Positions 39,383-48,641 of a stretch of 64,000 bases of DNA are shown here, in pieces. This stretch comes from an uncultured Candidatus Rokubacteria bacterium (GTDB lineage Bacteria; Methylomirabilota; Methylomirabilia; Rokubacteriales; DASRDR01): NCBI GenBank assembly GCA_963805625.1, contig CAWDVE010000009.1:8031-72030 (forward strand), in the 5' to 3' direction. Positions within the stretch are counted from its first letter, which is position 1. The number at the start of each line of letters is the position of its first letter. The translations under genes were made by a program, and so were the position numbers. Under the pieces are notes generated by a model. The model saw only the letters and a list, made by a program, of their open reading frames with translations. It searched no databases and was not told where the DNA came from.

Positions 39383-40030
39383 GTGCAGGCATCGACCAAA
39401 CCTTCCCTGCCAGAAGTACCGGGCCTCCGCGGGGTCATCTTTGACTTCGGCGGCGTCCTGATCGACATGCGGTGGGACGTCTCCGCCGGCCTCGAGGACG
39501 CCCACGGCCTGCCCCGGCACGCGCTCCTCGAGACCCTGTACCGGACGCCGACGTGGCGGGAGATCGAGCGGGGCCAAGGCGACCTCCCCGCGTGGCGCGC
39601 CGGAGCGCACCGGTTGCTCGAGGAGCGGGCCGGCCACTCCCTGCCGGGGCTGCACGACGCCTGGGTGGCGGCGCGGCACCTGATCCGCGCCAACGTCCTA
39701 CTGGCCCGGCGGCTCCGGCCCGCGTACCGCACGGCCATCCTCTCGAACGCCGATCAGAGCCTGCGAGGCCGCCTGCGAGAGCTCGGGATCCACGACCTCT
39801 TCGACACGGTGGTCTCGTCGGCCGAAGAGGGAATGGCCAAGCCGGACCTCGAGATCTATCGGCGCGCGGCGGCACGGCTCGGGCTCCCGCCGGAGTCCTG
39901 CGTCTTCGTGGACGACTACGACGCGAACGTCCGCGCGGCCGAGGCGGTCGGGATGCGGGGGATCGTCTACCGGGTGGACCACGGCCAGGATCTCGCCGCG
40001 CTCCTGGCGGATCTCGGCGTCGTCAGCTAG
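39383..40030 (+). CDS. HAD family phosphatase
   Basis: IFDFGGVL, ILSN, AKPD, FVDD..NV.AA. Confidence 0.92.
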   Translation: MQASTKPSLPEVPGLRGVIFDFGGVLIDMRWDVSAGLEDAHGLPRHALLETLYRTPTWREIERGQGDLPAWRAGAHRLLEERAGHSLPGLHDAWVAARHLIRANVLLARRLRPAYRTAILSNADQSLRGRLRELGIHDLFDTVVSSAEEGMAKPDLEIYRRAAARLGLPPESCVFVDDYDANVRAAEAVGMRGIVYRVDHGQDLAALLADLGVVS

Positions 40031-40884
40031 ACAGCGCCCGCATCCTCGAAGTAGTCCGAGTCGACTCGCTTGACGCTATAGGTCGCCGACGTGTTCGCGC
40101 CGAGTTCGAAGTCAATCATGAGTTCCGCCAGCCGACGACCGTCGATCAGGGCGACCTTCGGGTCGATAGAATCAACGTAGGCTGTGGCCTCTGCCGAGAA
40201 CGTGCCCGTCGTAATGAAGACCCCCTTCCTGGCGCGCCTTCCATGTAGCGCCCCGACGAATCGCTGAATCTCCGGCCGCCCAACCGTTCCGTCCCATTTC
40301 TTGGCTTGAAGGTAGACCACATCAAGTCCGAGGCGGTCCTCACTGATGACACCGTCGATCCCTTCGTCCCCCGCTCTGCCGATGGCCTTGCCGGCGTCCT
40401 TGCGAGACCCACCGTAGCCCATCTTCAGGAGGAGCTCGACCACCAAACGCTCGAAGAACTGCGGGGTGACGGCTTTAACCCGGCTCAGCAGTTCAGACGC
40501 GAGGCCTACCCGCATCCTGAGATGCGCAGCCTCCAAGGCTTCCTCTGGGGTCTCGGGTTCTGCCTGACTCGTCGGAACCGCGCTCGGCATCTTTTCCGTC
40601 TCGGTCTTTGGGGTACGAAACTCGACGAACTCCGGATACTGCTCCAGAAACTTGATATCAATGCGTGGAGGAGGAGTCTTCAGGACGTCGCGCCCGCGAA
40701 CGGACACCTGGAAGTGTCCTCGGCGCGGGGACAGGAGTAGCCCAGCCTGCTGAAGATAGCTCTTGGCCCAAGCGACTCGATTCGAGAACTTTGACTGCCG
40801 GCCACTCGGCAAGGGCTCTTCCAGGTCAGGATCCGATAGCTGCCCTTGAGCCGTCCGCCGACGAGCCAGATTGGTGTCAGGCAC
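40027..40884 (-). CDS. mrr: Mrr type IV restriction endonuclease (N-terminus apparently truncated)
   Basis: LPSGRQSKFSNRVAWAKSYL, FFERLVVELL.KMGYG, GDEGIDG, YLQAKKW, GVFITT, LIDG. Confidence 0.88.
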   Translation of the reverse strand: MPDTNLARRRTAQGQLSDPDLEEPLPSGRQSKFSNRVAWAKSYLQQAGLLLSPRRGHFQVSVRGRDVLKTPPPRIDIKFLEQYPEFVEFRTPKTETEKMPSAVPTSQAEPETPEEALEAAHLRMRVGLASELLSRVKAVTPQFFERLVVELLLKMGYGGSRKDAGKAIGRAGDEGIDGVISEDRLGLDVVYLQAKKWDGTVGRPEIQRFVGALHGRRARKGVFITTGTFSAEATAYVDSIDPKVALIDGRRLAELMIDFELGANTSATYSVKRVDSDYFEDAGAV

Positions 40885-41680
40885 CCAGTTCGGCGTCGAG
40901 GTCGAGCCGCCAGCGGTCGCGGGCGGCGAGGACGCGTACCCCCGTCTCGTGCGAGAGCGTCTCCGCCAGCTCCCAGGGGCGCGCCCGCAGCATGGTCAAC
41001 CCGAAGTGCGTGAGGATGGCCAGGCGGGGCCGCATGGCGGTGATGAGCTGGCGGGCGTCGGGGAGGGCGAGGTGAATCTCGTCCCGCGGCTCGCGATAGA
41101 CCACGTTGAGGATCAGGACGTCCGCGCGCAACGCCGTCTCGATCTCCGGCAGATACCCCGTGCACGCGACGAGCCCCACCGTCCAGTGGCGGCCCACGAA
41201 GCGGAGGCCGTAGGTCTCGACCGGGTGCTTGAGCTGGAGCGGGGTCTCGAGCACGGGGCCGCGGTCGCCACCGATCGCGTAGCGACCGCCCGGGACGAGG
41301 AACTCCGTGGAGGCCGGGTAGCTCCGGACGTAGTGGAGGATCACCGGATCCTGCTCGTAGGCGTCCCTCGGAGCCAGGACGCGGCCCCGCTTCTTGGTCC
41401 CGCCCTGCGTCATCGCCTCGATCATGGCGTTGATGTCGCCCGAATGATCGAGGTGCTTGTGAGTGAGGACGATGGCGTCGAGGACGCCCGGATCGAGACT
41501 GAGCGCGCGGCCGCGCGCGTGCGCCAGGGCGCCGGGGCCAGGATCCACGCACACCCAGATCCCGTCGAGGCAAACCCAGAAACCCCCCGTCGCGCGCGCC
41601 TGGAACGCCGTCGTCATGCGCCCGCCGCCCGTGCCGACGAACACGACCTGGTCGCCGTCGAGGCGGGGCGGCGGGGGCAC
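40877..41680 (-). CDS. MBL-fold metallo-hydrolase
   Basis: FVGTGGGR, VDPGPG, THKHLDH, LTHFG. Confidence 0.88.
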   Translation of the reverse strand: MPPPPRLDGDQVVFVGTGGGRMTTAFQARATGGFWVCLDGIWVCVDPGPGALAHARGRALSLDPGVLDAIVLTHKHLDHSGDINAMIEAMTQGGTKKRGRVLAPRDAYEQDPVILHYVRSYPASTEFLVPGGRYAIGGDRGPVLETPLQLKHPVETYGLRFVGRHWTVGLVACTGYLPEIETALRADVLILNVVYREPRDEIHLALPDARQLITAMRPRLAILTHFGLTMLRARPWELAETLSHETGVRVLAARDRWRLDLDAELGA

Positions 41681-41694
41681 GGCGGGCGCGCCCC

Positions 41695-42705
41695 TCAGGG
41701 CGCGTGGATCTCGGACGCCGCGTGGAGGTCCGAGATCAACCCGCGTGCGGCCGGAGGGTCTTGGGAATCCGGGGTCTCGGCGGCCGGGACGCGCTCCGTC
41801 GCCCGCGCCCCGCGCTTCACCTGTTCACGGAGCTTGCAGAAGGCGCAGACCTCGCCCGTCGTGGTCTGGCCGCACCGGACGCACTCGAGGAGCGTAACGG
41901 TCTCGCGCTCCTGGAAGAGCCCGCGCGCCTTGTCGAGGAACCCCTGGAGGAACATCGCCTTCGAGCCCGGCGACGTGTCCTCGAGGCGATTGAGCAGCTC
42001 CTTGTGGGTGATCGACGTCGCGCCGCGCGAGAACGGGCACTCCTCCACGATGTAGTCGATGCCGCGAAGGAACGCGTAGGCGGCGGTCTCGCGCTCGCTC
42101 ATCCGGAAGAGCGGCTTCACCCGGCGCGCGAGCCTGGGGTGCGTGGCAGCGAGAACCGGCATCTGCCGCGCCAGCGCCGACTCGTCCCAGCGCAGCGTCG
42201 AGCCGAACAGGGTCGCGGCCTCGTCGTCGAGGTTGTGCCCCGTGGCGACCACCGGGAACCCGCCCTCCATCGCGGCGCGGTTCATGATGTAGCGCTTGGA
42301 CAGCCCGCACGCGGAGCACGTCGGCCGCCGGGTGGCGTCTCTCACGGCGGGGATCGGGGCGCCCACCTCGTCGGCCACGGCCACGACGCGCAGGTCGAGC
42401 CCCCGCTCGGCGGCGAACGCCTGGCACCGGGCCTTCGAGGCGTGCGAGTAGTCGAAGATTCCGAGGTCGATGTAGAGGCCCGTGGTCCGGTACCCCGCAC
42501 CGTGGAGCACTTCCCAGAGGGCCAGGGAGTCCTTCCCGCCGGACACCGCGACGAGGACCTGCTCGTCGCGCGTGAACATGCGCCACCGCCGGACCGTCTC
42601 CAGCACGTGGTGCTGGAAGAAACCCAGGAAGTCGGGACCGCAGAAGGCGGTGTTGTGACGCCGGAGCTCCAGCACGGCCCGGCCGCCGCACTTCCGGCAC
42701 TTCAC
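41695..42705 (-). CDS. ttuA: TtuA/TIGR00269-type tRNA 2-thiolation protein
   Basis: N-terminal CRKC..H..FC, PP-loop SGGKDS, CSAC, TGHNLDDEA, EECPF, C-terminal CVRC..CAFC; GTGA-coupled to the sulfur carrier. Confidence 0.88.
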   Translation of the reverse strand: MKCRKCGGRAVLELRRHNTAFCGPDFLGFFQHHVLETVRRWRMFTRDEQVLVAVSGGKDSLALWEVLHGAGYRTTGLYIDLGIFDYSHASKARCQAFAAERGLDLRVVAVADEVGAPIPAVRDATRRPTCSACGLSKRYIMNRAAMEGGFPVVATGHNLDDEAATLFGSTLRWDESALARQMPVLAATHPRLARRVKPLFRMSERETAAYAFLRGIDYIVEECPFSRGATSITHKELLNRLEDTSPGSKAMFLQGFLDKARGLFQERETVTLLECVRCGQTTTGEVCAFCKLREQVKRGARATERVPAAETPDSQDPPAARGLISDLHAASEIHAP

Positions 42706-42902
42706 GATCGGCCTCCCGAGATCACCGGGCGGAGCTCCACCACGTCGTCGTCGGCCACGATCTCGTCGATGGTGAGCAGGTCGCGCCCGCGGATCACCAG
42801 CACGGTGTCGGGCAGGACGCCCAGCTCCGCAAGGAGCTCCCGCACCCGGCGGCGGCCGCTCAGCTCGACTTCGCGTCCCTGGTTGCGGAGGACGACCTTC
42901 AT
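42702..42902 (-). CDS. ttuB: TtuB-like ubiquitin-fold sulfur carrier (MoaD/ThiS family)
   Basis: MKVVLRNQGREVEL..VRELLAELG..VELRPVISGG-RS; TATAGT -10 box just upstream. Confidence 0.85.
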   Translation of the reverse strand: MKVVLRNQGREVELSGRRRVRELLAELGVLPDTVLVIRGRDLLTIDEIVADDDVVELRPVISGGRS

Positions 42903-42914
42903 GGCGGGACTCAC

Positions 42915-43203
42915 TATACACGCCGCCCGCCTGGAGCGCTTGAAGCGCGCCCTCCACCCCATCCACACGGACGAGACGCTCGAGGTCGCCGGGCTCGCAT
43001 CCGGCGTGGCGCAAGAGCCGCGCATACGGGCTCGCGGGGCGCGCGTAGATCGTGCGACGCACGAGGTCGACGAAGGTCGCGTCGCGCCGCTCGAGGCGGC
43101 GCGTGAGCTCCTCCCGCGCCCGATCGACCCCGATGGGCTGGCGCAGAAAGCCCGGAAGCCTCGCCAGGAGCCGAGCGCCAGCCAGAACGTCCGACGAGAC
43201 CAC
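42915..43203 (-). pseudogene. 5' fragment of an unidentified gene, truncated at the ttuB promoter
   Basis: Protein-like 96-aa segment (..TIYARPASPYARLLRHAGCEPGD..GVY) becomes low-complexity sequence right at TATAGT. Confidence 0.5.
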
Positions 43204-43228
43204 CCCGAGGCGCTCCGTCGGCGGCCTC

Positions 43229-44242
43229 TCAGGCCGAGGGGCGGCGCCGGCGTGTGCGGGCCACGGGCGACGCCTCCGGATTCAGCAAGAGCGGCGCGGG
43301 CGGCGCGCCGCCCCGCGCCACGGCCAGGATCGACTCCACGCAGCATTGGCCCATCGCGGCCTCCGCCGCGAGATCCGAGCCCGCGGCGTGCGGCGTGACG
43401 ACCACGTTGTCGAGGGTGAGGAGCGGGGAACCGGTCGGCGGCTCGCGGCGGAAGACGTCGAGCCCGGCGCCGGCGATCCGACGGCTCACGAGCGCCTCGT
43501 GGAGGGCGGCCTCGTCCACCAGTCCGCCCCGCGCCGTATTGATCAGGAACGCGGTTGGCTTCATGAGCTGGAGACGCGCGGCGTTGATCAGCCCGTCGGT
43601 CTCGGGAAGATGGGGCGCATGCAGGGTGACGAAATCGGACTCTCGGAGCAGCTGCTCGAGCGACGTCAGCTCGATGCCATGGCTCCGCGCATACGCCGCG
43701 TCGGGAGCCACGTCATGAGCCAGGACACGCATCTCGTAGGCGCGGCAGCGCCGCGCCACCGCCCGCCCGATCCGCCCCAGCCCCACGATCCCGACCGTCG
43801 ACCGCCAGAGGCCAGGCCGGAACTCCCACCCCCAGCCTCCCGCCATCACGCGCTGGTGGTAGACGACGACGTTCCGGGCGACGGCGCCCATCAGGGCGAG
43901 GGCGAGGTCCGCGACGGTCTCGTGGTTCGCCCCGAACGTCATCGCGACATAGACACCGTGGCGCGTTGCCGCCGGAACGTCCACCTGGTCGTAGCCGACC
44001 CCGAACCGCGCGATCACCTCGAGGTCCCGCGCCTCGCGGAGCACGCGCTCCGTGTACGACTCGACGCCGGCGACCGTCGCGAAGACGCCGCGGAGCCCTT
44101 GGATCAGCTCCGCCTCGCCGTACGGGCGCCCGAGCGGACTACGCAGCACCTCGAGGCCGGCGGCCTCGAGGTGAGTGAGATACGCGGACGGCCGGCTCGC
44201 CAGGAGCGACGGCACGACGAGAACCTTGAGCGGTGCGGGCAT
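43229..44242 (-). CDS. Phosphoglycerate dehydrogenase-like 2-hydroxyacid dehydrogenase
   Basis: RFGVGYD, GLGRIG, INTARG, GLDVF, TPHAAG. Confidence 0.92.
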   Translation of the reverse strand: MPAPLKVLVVPSLLASRPSAYLTHLEAAGLEVLRSPLGRPYGEAELIQGLRGVFATVAGVESYTERVLREARDLEVIARFGVGYDQVDVPAATRHGVYVAMTFGANHETVADLALALMGAVARNVVVYHQRVMAGGWGWEFRPGLWRSTVGIVGLGRIGRAVARRCRAYEMRVLAHDVAPDAAYARSHGIELTSLEQLLRESDFVTLHAPHLPETDGLINAARLQLMKPTAFLINTARGGLVDEAALHEALVSRRIAGAGLDVFRREPPTGSPLLTLDNVVVTPHAAGSDLAAEAAMGQCCVESILAVARGGAPPAPLLLNPEASPVARTRRRRPSA

Positions 44243-44313
44243 CCGGGGTCTCCTAGAAATGGGGGGCAAGAGGCCGGGGCGGCTCCTCAGCCAACGTCAT
44301 GATGAGGCGTGGG

Positions 44314-45660
44314 TCAAGCGCCCGGCGCCTCGCGCCGGACGACGCGGCGGGCCTTCAGCTCGTAGCGCGGCAGGCTCCGGGCCGGCACGGTCGCCACCTC
44401 GATGCGGATCCCGAGGTCACGCCGGAGCGCCGCGGTGATCCCGTCGACGGTCTCCCGAACGCTCTCCGCAGGTCGGCCGTTGCCGTCGATTTCGAGCAGA
44501 AGACGGACCTCGTCCAGGGCGCCTCGGCGAAACACCTCGATCTGGAACTCGTCCACCAGCGCGAAGCGGCGCACGATCCCCTCGAGGGCCGAGGGGAACA
44601 CGTTGATGCCTCGCACGACCAGCATGTCGTCGACCCGACCGAGGATGCCTCCCTCGAGGCGGGCGAACGTGCGGCCGCACGGGCACGCCCCGGTGCCGAG
44701 CCGCACCCGGTCGCCCGATCGGTAACGAAGAACGGGCGCTCCCCACCGGCCGAGGTTCGTCAGCGTCAGCTCCCCGATCTCCCCGGGCGCCACCGGTCGG
44801 CCACTGTCCGGGTCCAGCACCTCGGCGACGAATTCGAGCTCGTTCACATGGAGGCCCGACTGCGCGACGCATTCGAACCCGTAGGCGCCCACCTCGGTCA
44901 TGCCCGCGTGATCGTACGCTCGGGCTCCCCAGAGCAACTCCAGGCGACGGCGCACGGCCGGGATGCCCGCCCCTGGCTCGCCCGCGTGGACCGTGGTGCG
45001 GACGCCGAGCGCGGCGGGGTCGGCACCCTGGGCGCGTGCAACCTCCGCGAGGTGGAGCCCGTAGGACGGCGTGCAGACGAGGGCCGTGGCGCCCAGATCC
45101 CGGATCGCGTGAAGCCGCGTCAGGGAGTCCTGACCGCCCCCGGGGATGGTCATTGCGCCGAGGACCCGGGCGCCCTCGAGCCCGGCCCAGAAGCCGACGA
45201 AGAGGCCGAACGAGAACGGGAAGAAGAGGCGGTCCTGCGGCCCCAGCCCCGCTCCCCGGAACACGAAGGCCCAGCAGCGCGCCCACCACGTCCACGACGC
45301 TTCCGTCTCGAGCCACCGGATCGGCGGGCCCGTGGTGCCCGAGGTCTGGAACACGCGCACGTAGCGGTCGAGCGGGTGCGTGTGGTTGGTGCCGAACGGT
45401 GGGTGTGCCGCCTGGTCGGCCGCCAGCTCCACCTTCGTGAGGCGCGGAAGCCTGGCGAAGTCCGCCCAGGAGCCGACGTCGCGCGGGTCCTGCACGCCGG
45501 CCGCCTGGAGACGTCCCCGCCAGAAGGCGTTCGAGCCCCAGACCTCGCCCACTCCCGCGGCGAGACGCTCCCATTGCCACCGCCGAAGGCTGTCGGGGGG
45601 CGCCGTCTCCCGCGCGCGGTCCAGGAACGGGACGTCGGCCGCCGCATCCGGGCGGCTCAT
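44314..45660 (-). CDS. Phenylacetate-CoA ligase (PaaK) family protein
   Basis: QTSGTTG, AGEPG, DHAGMTEVG, LRYRSGD, GRVDDMLVVRGINVFPS. Confidence 0.9.
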   Translation of the reverse strand: MSRPDAAADVPFLDRARETAPPDSLRRWQWERLAAGVGEVWGSNAFWRGRLQAAGVQDPRDVGSWADFARLPRLTKVELAADQAAHPPFGTNHTHPLDRYVRVFQTSGTTGPPIRWLETEASWTWWARCWAFVFRGAGLGPQDRLFFPFSFGLFVGFWAGLEGARVLGAMTIPGGGQDSLTRLHAIRDLGATALVCTPSYGLHLAEVARAQGADPAALGVRTTVHAGEPGAGIPAVRRRLELLWGARAYDHAGMTEVGAYGFECVAQSGLHVNELEFVAEVLDPDSGRPVAPGEIGELTLTNLGRWGAPVLRYRSGDRVRLGTGACPCGRTFARLEGGILGRVDDMLVVRGINVFPSALEGIVRRFALVDEFQIEVFRRGALDEVRLLLEIDGNGRPAESVRETVDGITAALRRDLGIRIEVATVPARSLPRYELKARRVVRREAPGA

Positions 45661-45688
45661 GACCCGGCGACTCCTCGCGCGGCGCGCC

Positions 45689-46582
45689 TCACGGGAGGGA
45701 GAGCTGGCCCGTCATCACGATGACCCCCTGCCCGCCGACGCGTACGCGGGTCGCGCGACCGGGGGCGCCGTGGACCTCGACAGCGATCCGCCCCGGCCGA
45801 CCCTGGAAATCCCCTTGCTCTCCCCGGAACCGCGCCACGCCGTCGGCGGCGACGAGACCGCCGGTCTCCCAGAGCCACACGCCGATGGCCGCGTGCGAAG
45901 ACCCGGTCGCGAAGTCCTCCGGGATCCCGAAGTGCGGGATGAAGTTGCGGCTGTGGGTGAGGGCGCCCGGTTCCCGGGTCGCTCGCGCCGTGAGGACGAT
46001 CCCGCGGACCCCGCGGTCCTTCGCGAGCCGCCCGAGCCGGTCAAGGTCGGGCGCCAGCGCCCGGAGCGCGTCGAGGGTCGCCACCGGGATCAGGAGATCC
46101 TGCTCCGACGTTCGCGCGGGCGGTGCCCACGCGGCAACAGCTTCGGCGGGCAGTCCCAGGACCGCGAGAAACGGCGAGAGATCTCCACTCTCCGGCGCCC
46201 AGCGCGGACAGTCCGGCTCGAACCACGCGGTGGCGGAGGTCTCCGACCCCTCGAGCGTGATCGCGAGCCGGTGGCGCGGGGCTTCGAAGACGAGCTGGCC
46301 GCGGGGGGCCTCGCCGCGTGCCGCAAGGACGTGGGCCGCCGCCACCGTGCCATGGCCGCAGAGCGTCAGCTCCATCCCGGCCGGCGAGTACCAGCGCAGC
46401 GCGCGATCGCCGCCTTTCGCGCCCGGGCGGAGGAACGCGGTCGCCGGCCGCGCCAGCTCCATCGCGACGGCCCGCATCGTGGCCTCGTCGAGACCCGTCG
46501 CATCAGGCACGACAGCGGCTGGGTTGCCCGTGAAGGGCGTCGACGTGAACGCGTCGACGAAGACGACCTCGATAGCGCTCAC
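45689..46582 (-). CDS. PhzF family isomerase/epimerase
   Basis: VDAFT..PFTGNPAAVV, ELTLCGHGT, GIPEDFATGS, EQG...GRPG. Confidence 0.92.
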   Translation of the reverse strand: MSAIEVVFVDAFTSTPFTGNPAAVVPDATGLDEATMRAVAMELARPATAFLRPGAKGGDRALRWYSPAGMELTLCGHGTVAAAHVLAARGEAPRGQLVFEAPRHRLAITLEGSETSATAWFEPDCPRWAPESGDLSPFLAVLGLPAEAVAAWAPPARTSEQDLLIPVATLDALRALAPDLDRLGRLAKDRGVRGIVLTARATREPGALTHSRNFIPHFGIPEDFATGSSHAAIGVWLWETGGLVAADGVARFRGEQGDFQGRPGRIAVEVHGAPGRATRVRVGGQGVIVMTGQLSLP

Positions 46583-46670
46583 CGGACTATCCTCGCGGCG
46601 CATGGGAGTAGGTCCACCGGCTTCGATCCCACGACGTTCGGTCTCTGGCGGCCTGTGGCGCCCTGTGGGC

Positions 46671-47225
46671 TCACGCATCCTTGCCCGTGATGACCCAGAG
46701 CGTTCGCGCGGTGCCCGACCCGACGTTCTCCCACGTATGCGGAACACCCCCGTCGAGGTAGGCCGAATCGCCCGCCTCGAGAAGGTGGCGCTCGCCGTTG
46801 TACTGGAGGGCGACCTTCCCGTCCAGGACGTACATGAGCTTCATCTGCCCCGGCTCGATCAGGATGCGCTCGGGCGGCACGCTCGCGCCCCGCCGGCCGA
46901 GCGTCGAGACCACGGCGCGCACCTTGCCCCGGAAGAGGCCGGCGGCCAGGACCTCCCAGCGCTCGGTGGAACCGTCGAAGCTGACGACCGCATAGTCCTT
47001 CCGGCGTCCCACGTGCAGCTGCCCGTTCGGGGCCTGCTCGAAGAAGGCGCCGATCGGAACGCCGAGGGCGCCCGCCAGCCGCCCCAGGGTGTGGAGAGAC
47101 GGCGTCAGCTTGTCGGACTCGATCTGGGACACCAGGCTCGGTGTGAGCCCGGCCGTCTCCGCCAGGGTGTTCTGGCGGATGCCGCGATCCGTCCGCAGCG
47201 CCCGGATCCGCGCCCCGAGGGACAC
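46671..47225 (-). CDS. XRE-family HTH + cupin transcriptional regulator
   Basis: LGARIRALR..LAE..GLTPSLVSQIE..PSL; cupin YVLDG..LEAGDS..PHTWEN. Confidence 0.9.
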   Translation of the reverse strand: MSLGARIRALRTDRGIRQNTLAETAGLTPSLVSQIESDKLTPSLHTLGRLAGALGVPIGAFFEQAPNGQLHVGRRKDYAVVSFDGSTERWEVLAAGLFRGKVRAVVSTLGRRGASVPPERILIEPGQMKLMYVLDGKVALQYNGERHLLEAGDSAYLDGGVPHTWENVGSGTARTLWVITGKDA

Positions 47226-47228
47226 CGG

Positions 47229-48641
47229 TCAGCTCCGGACGTACTCGAAGTCGACGGGATTCCCGTTGATGCCGCGCGCGGGCGGCGCGATCCAACTGGC
47301 GAACTTCCCGCGCTCGACGACCGCGACCATCAAGCTCTGCACGAAGGCCTTGTCAGTCTCCGTCGGCAACCACTCCGGGCGCCGTGCGTCCCATTCCGCC
47401 TGGCTGACGACCTCCCCGGCCGGGGACACGCGCGTCTCGGCGAACATCCCGATCGCCCGGTGGAACCCCCGGTGGGGCAGCCGGAGCTCGAAGTCGACCC
47501 CAAGCTTCCGGATGACCTGGTTCCAGCGGTCGACGCCACGCTGACAGTCCGCGATGTAGTCATCCCGCAGGCGCTCGTTGAGCGCGGGCAGCGCAGCCTC
47601 CTCCCGCGTCACGATGCGACCGTCGTCGATCTGCGTGACGGGGTACATCGCCTCGGCGAGGCGGTGGTCGTCGGTCTTCTTCCCCTCCTCGAACCGGCCC
47701 TTGAGCCCCGCGGTGTAGAAGTTGGCGGCGTTGGTCGAGATCTCCCCGCCGAACAGATCGATCGAGACGGAGAAGTGAAAATTCAGGTACCGCTGGATCG
47801 TGGCGAGGTCGATGGCCCCGTGCGTGCGGACGTCGTCCGTGTCGTGATCCCGCATCACCTCACAGGTGCGCTGGATGACGCGTCCGAGACCCGTCTCGCC
47901 GACGAACATGTGGTGCGCTTCTTCGGTCAGCATGAAGCGGCAGGTGCGGGAGAGCGGGTCGAACCCGCTCTCGGCGAGACTCGCGAGCTGGTACTTGCCG
48001 TCCCGGTCGGTGAAGTACGTGAACATGAAGAACGACAGCCAGTCAGACGTCTTCTCGTTGAACGCTCCGAGGATCCGCGGCCTGTCCCGGTTCCCCGAAT
48101 GGCGCTGGAGCAGCGCCTCAGCCTCTTCCCGGCCGTCGCGGCCGAAGTGCGCGTGGAGGAGATAGACCATCGCCCAGAGATGCCGCCCCTCTTCCACGTT
48201 GACCTGGAACAAGTTGCGGAGGTCGTAGAGCGACGGGCACGTCCGTCCCAGCTGGCGTTGCTGCTCCACCGACGCGGGCTCCGTATCGCCCTGCGTGACG
48301 ATCAGCCGTCGGAGCGTACCCCGGTACTCCCCCGGCACGTCCTGCCACACCGGCTGCCCGCGGTGGGCGCCGAAGCCGATCGTCCGACTGGTCTCGGGCT
48401 CGGCCAGGAAGATCCCCCAGCGGTACTCGGGCATCCGCACGTAGTCGAAGTGCGCCCATCCCTGCGCGTCCACGCTCGTTGCCGTGCGGAGGTAAACGTC
48501 TCTCGCCTGGAAGCCCTCGGGCCCCATGTCGCGCCACCACTGGAGGAACCGCGGCTGCCACTCCTCCAGGGCCCGCAAGAGGCGCCGGTTCTCATGAAGG
48601 TGGACGTTGTTGGGAATGCGCTCCTGGTAGTCGATCGCCAT
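47229..48641 (-). CDS. boxB: Benzoyl-CoA 2,3-epoxidase, diiron subunit
   Basis: ERIPNNV, YLRTA, QGDTEPASVEQQ, CPSLYDLRNLFQVNVEEGRH, DRDGK, LTEEAHH, WIAPP.RGIN. Confidence 0.96.
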   Translation of the reverse strand: MAIDYQERIPNNVHLHENRRLLRALEEWQPRFLQWWRDMGPEGFQARDVYLRTATSVDAQGWAHFDYVRMPEYRWGIFLAEPETSRTIGFGAHRGQPVWQDVPGEYRGTLRRLIVTQGDTEPASVEQQRQLGRTCPSLYDLRNLFQVNVEEGRHLWAMVYLLHAHFGRDGREEAEALLQRHSGNRDRPRILGAFNEKTSDWLSFFMFTYFTDRDGKYQLASLAESGFDPLSRTCRFMLTEEAHHMFVGETGLGRVIQRTCEVMRDHDTDDVRTHGAIDLATIQRYLNFHFSVSIDLFGGEISTNAANFYTAGLKGRFEEGKKTDDHRLAEAMYPVTQIDDGRIVTREEAALPALNERLRDDYIADCQRGVDRWNQVIRKLGVDFELRLPHRGFHRAIGMFAETRVSPAGEVVSQAEWDARRPEWLPTETDKAFVQSLMVAVVERGKFASWIAPPARGINGNPVDFEYVRS

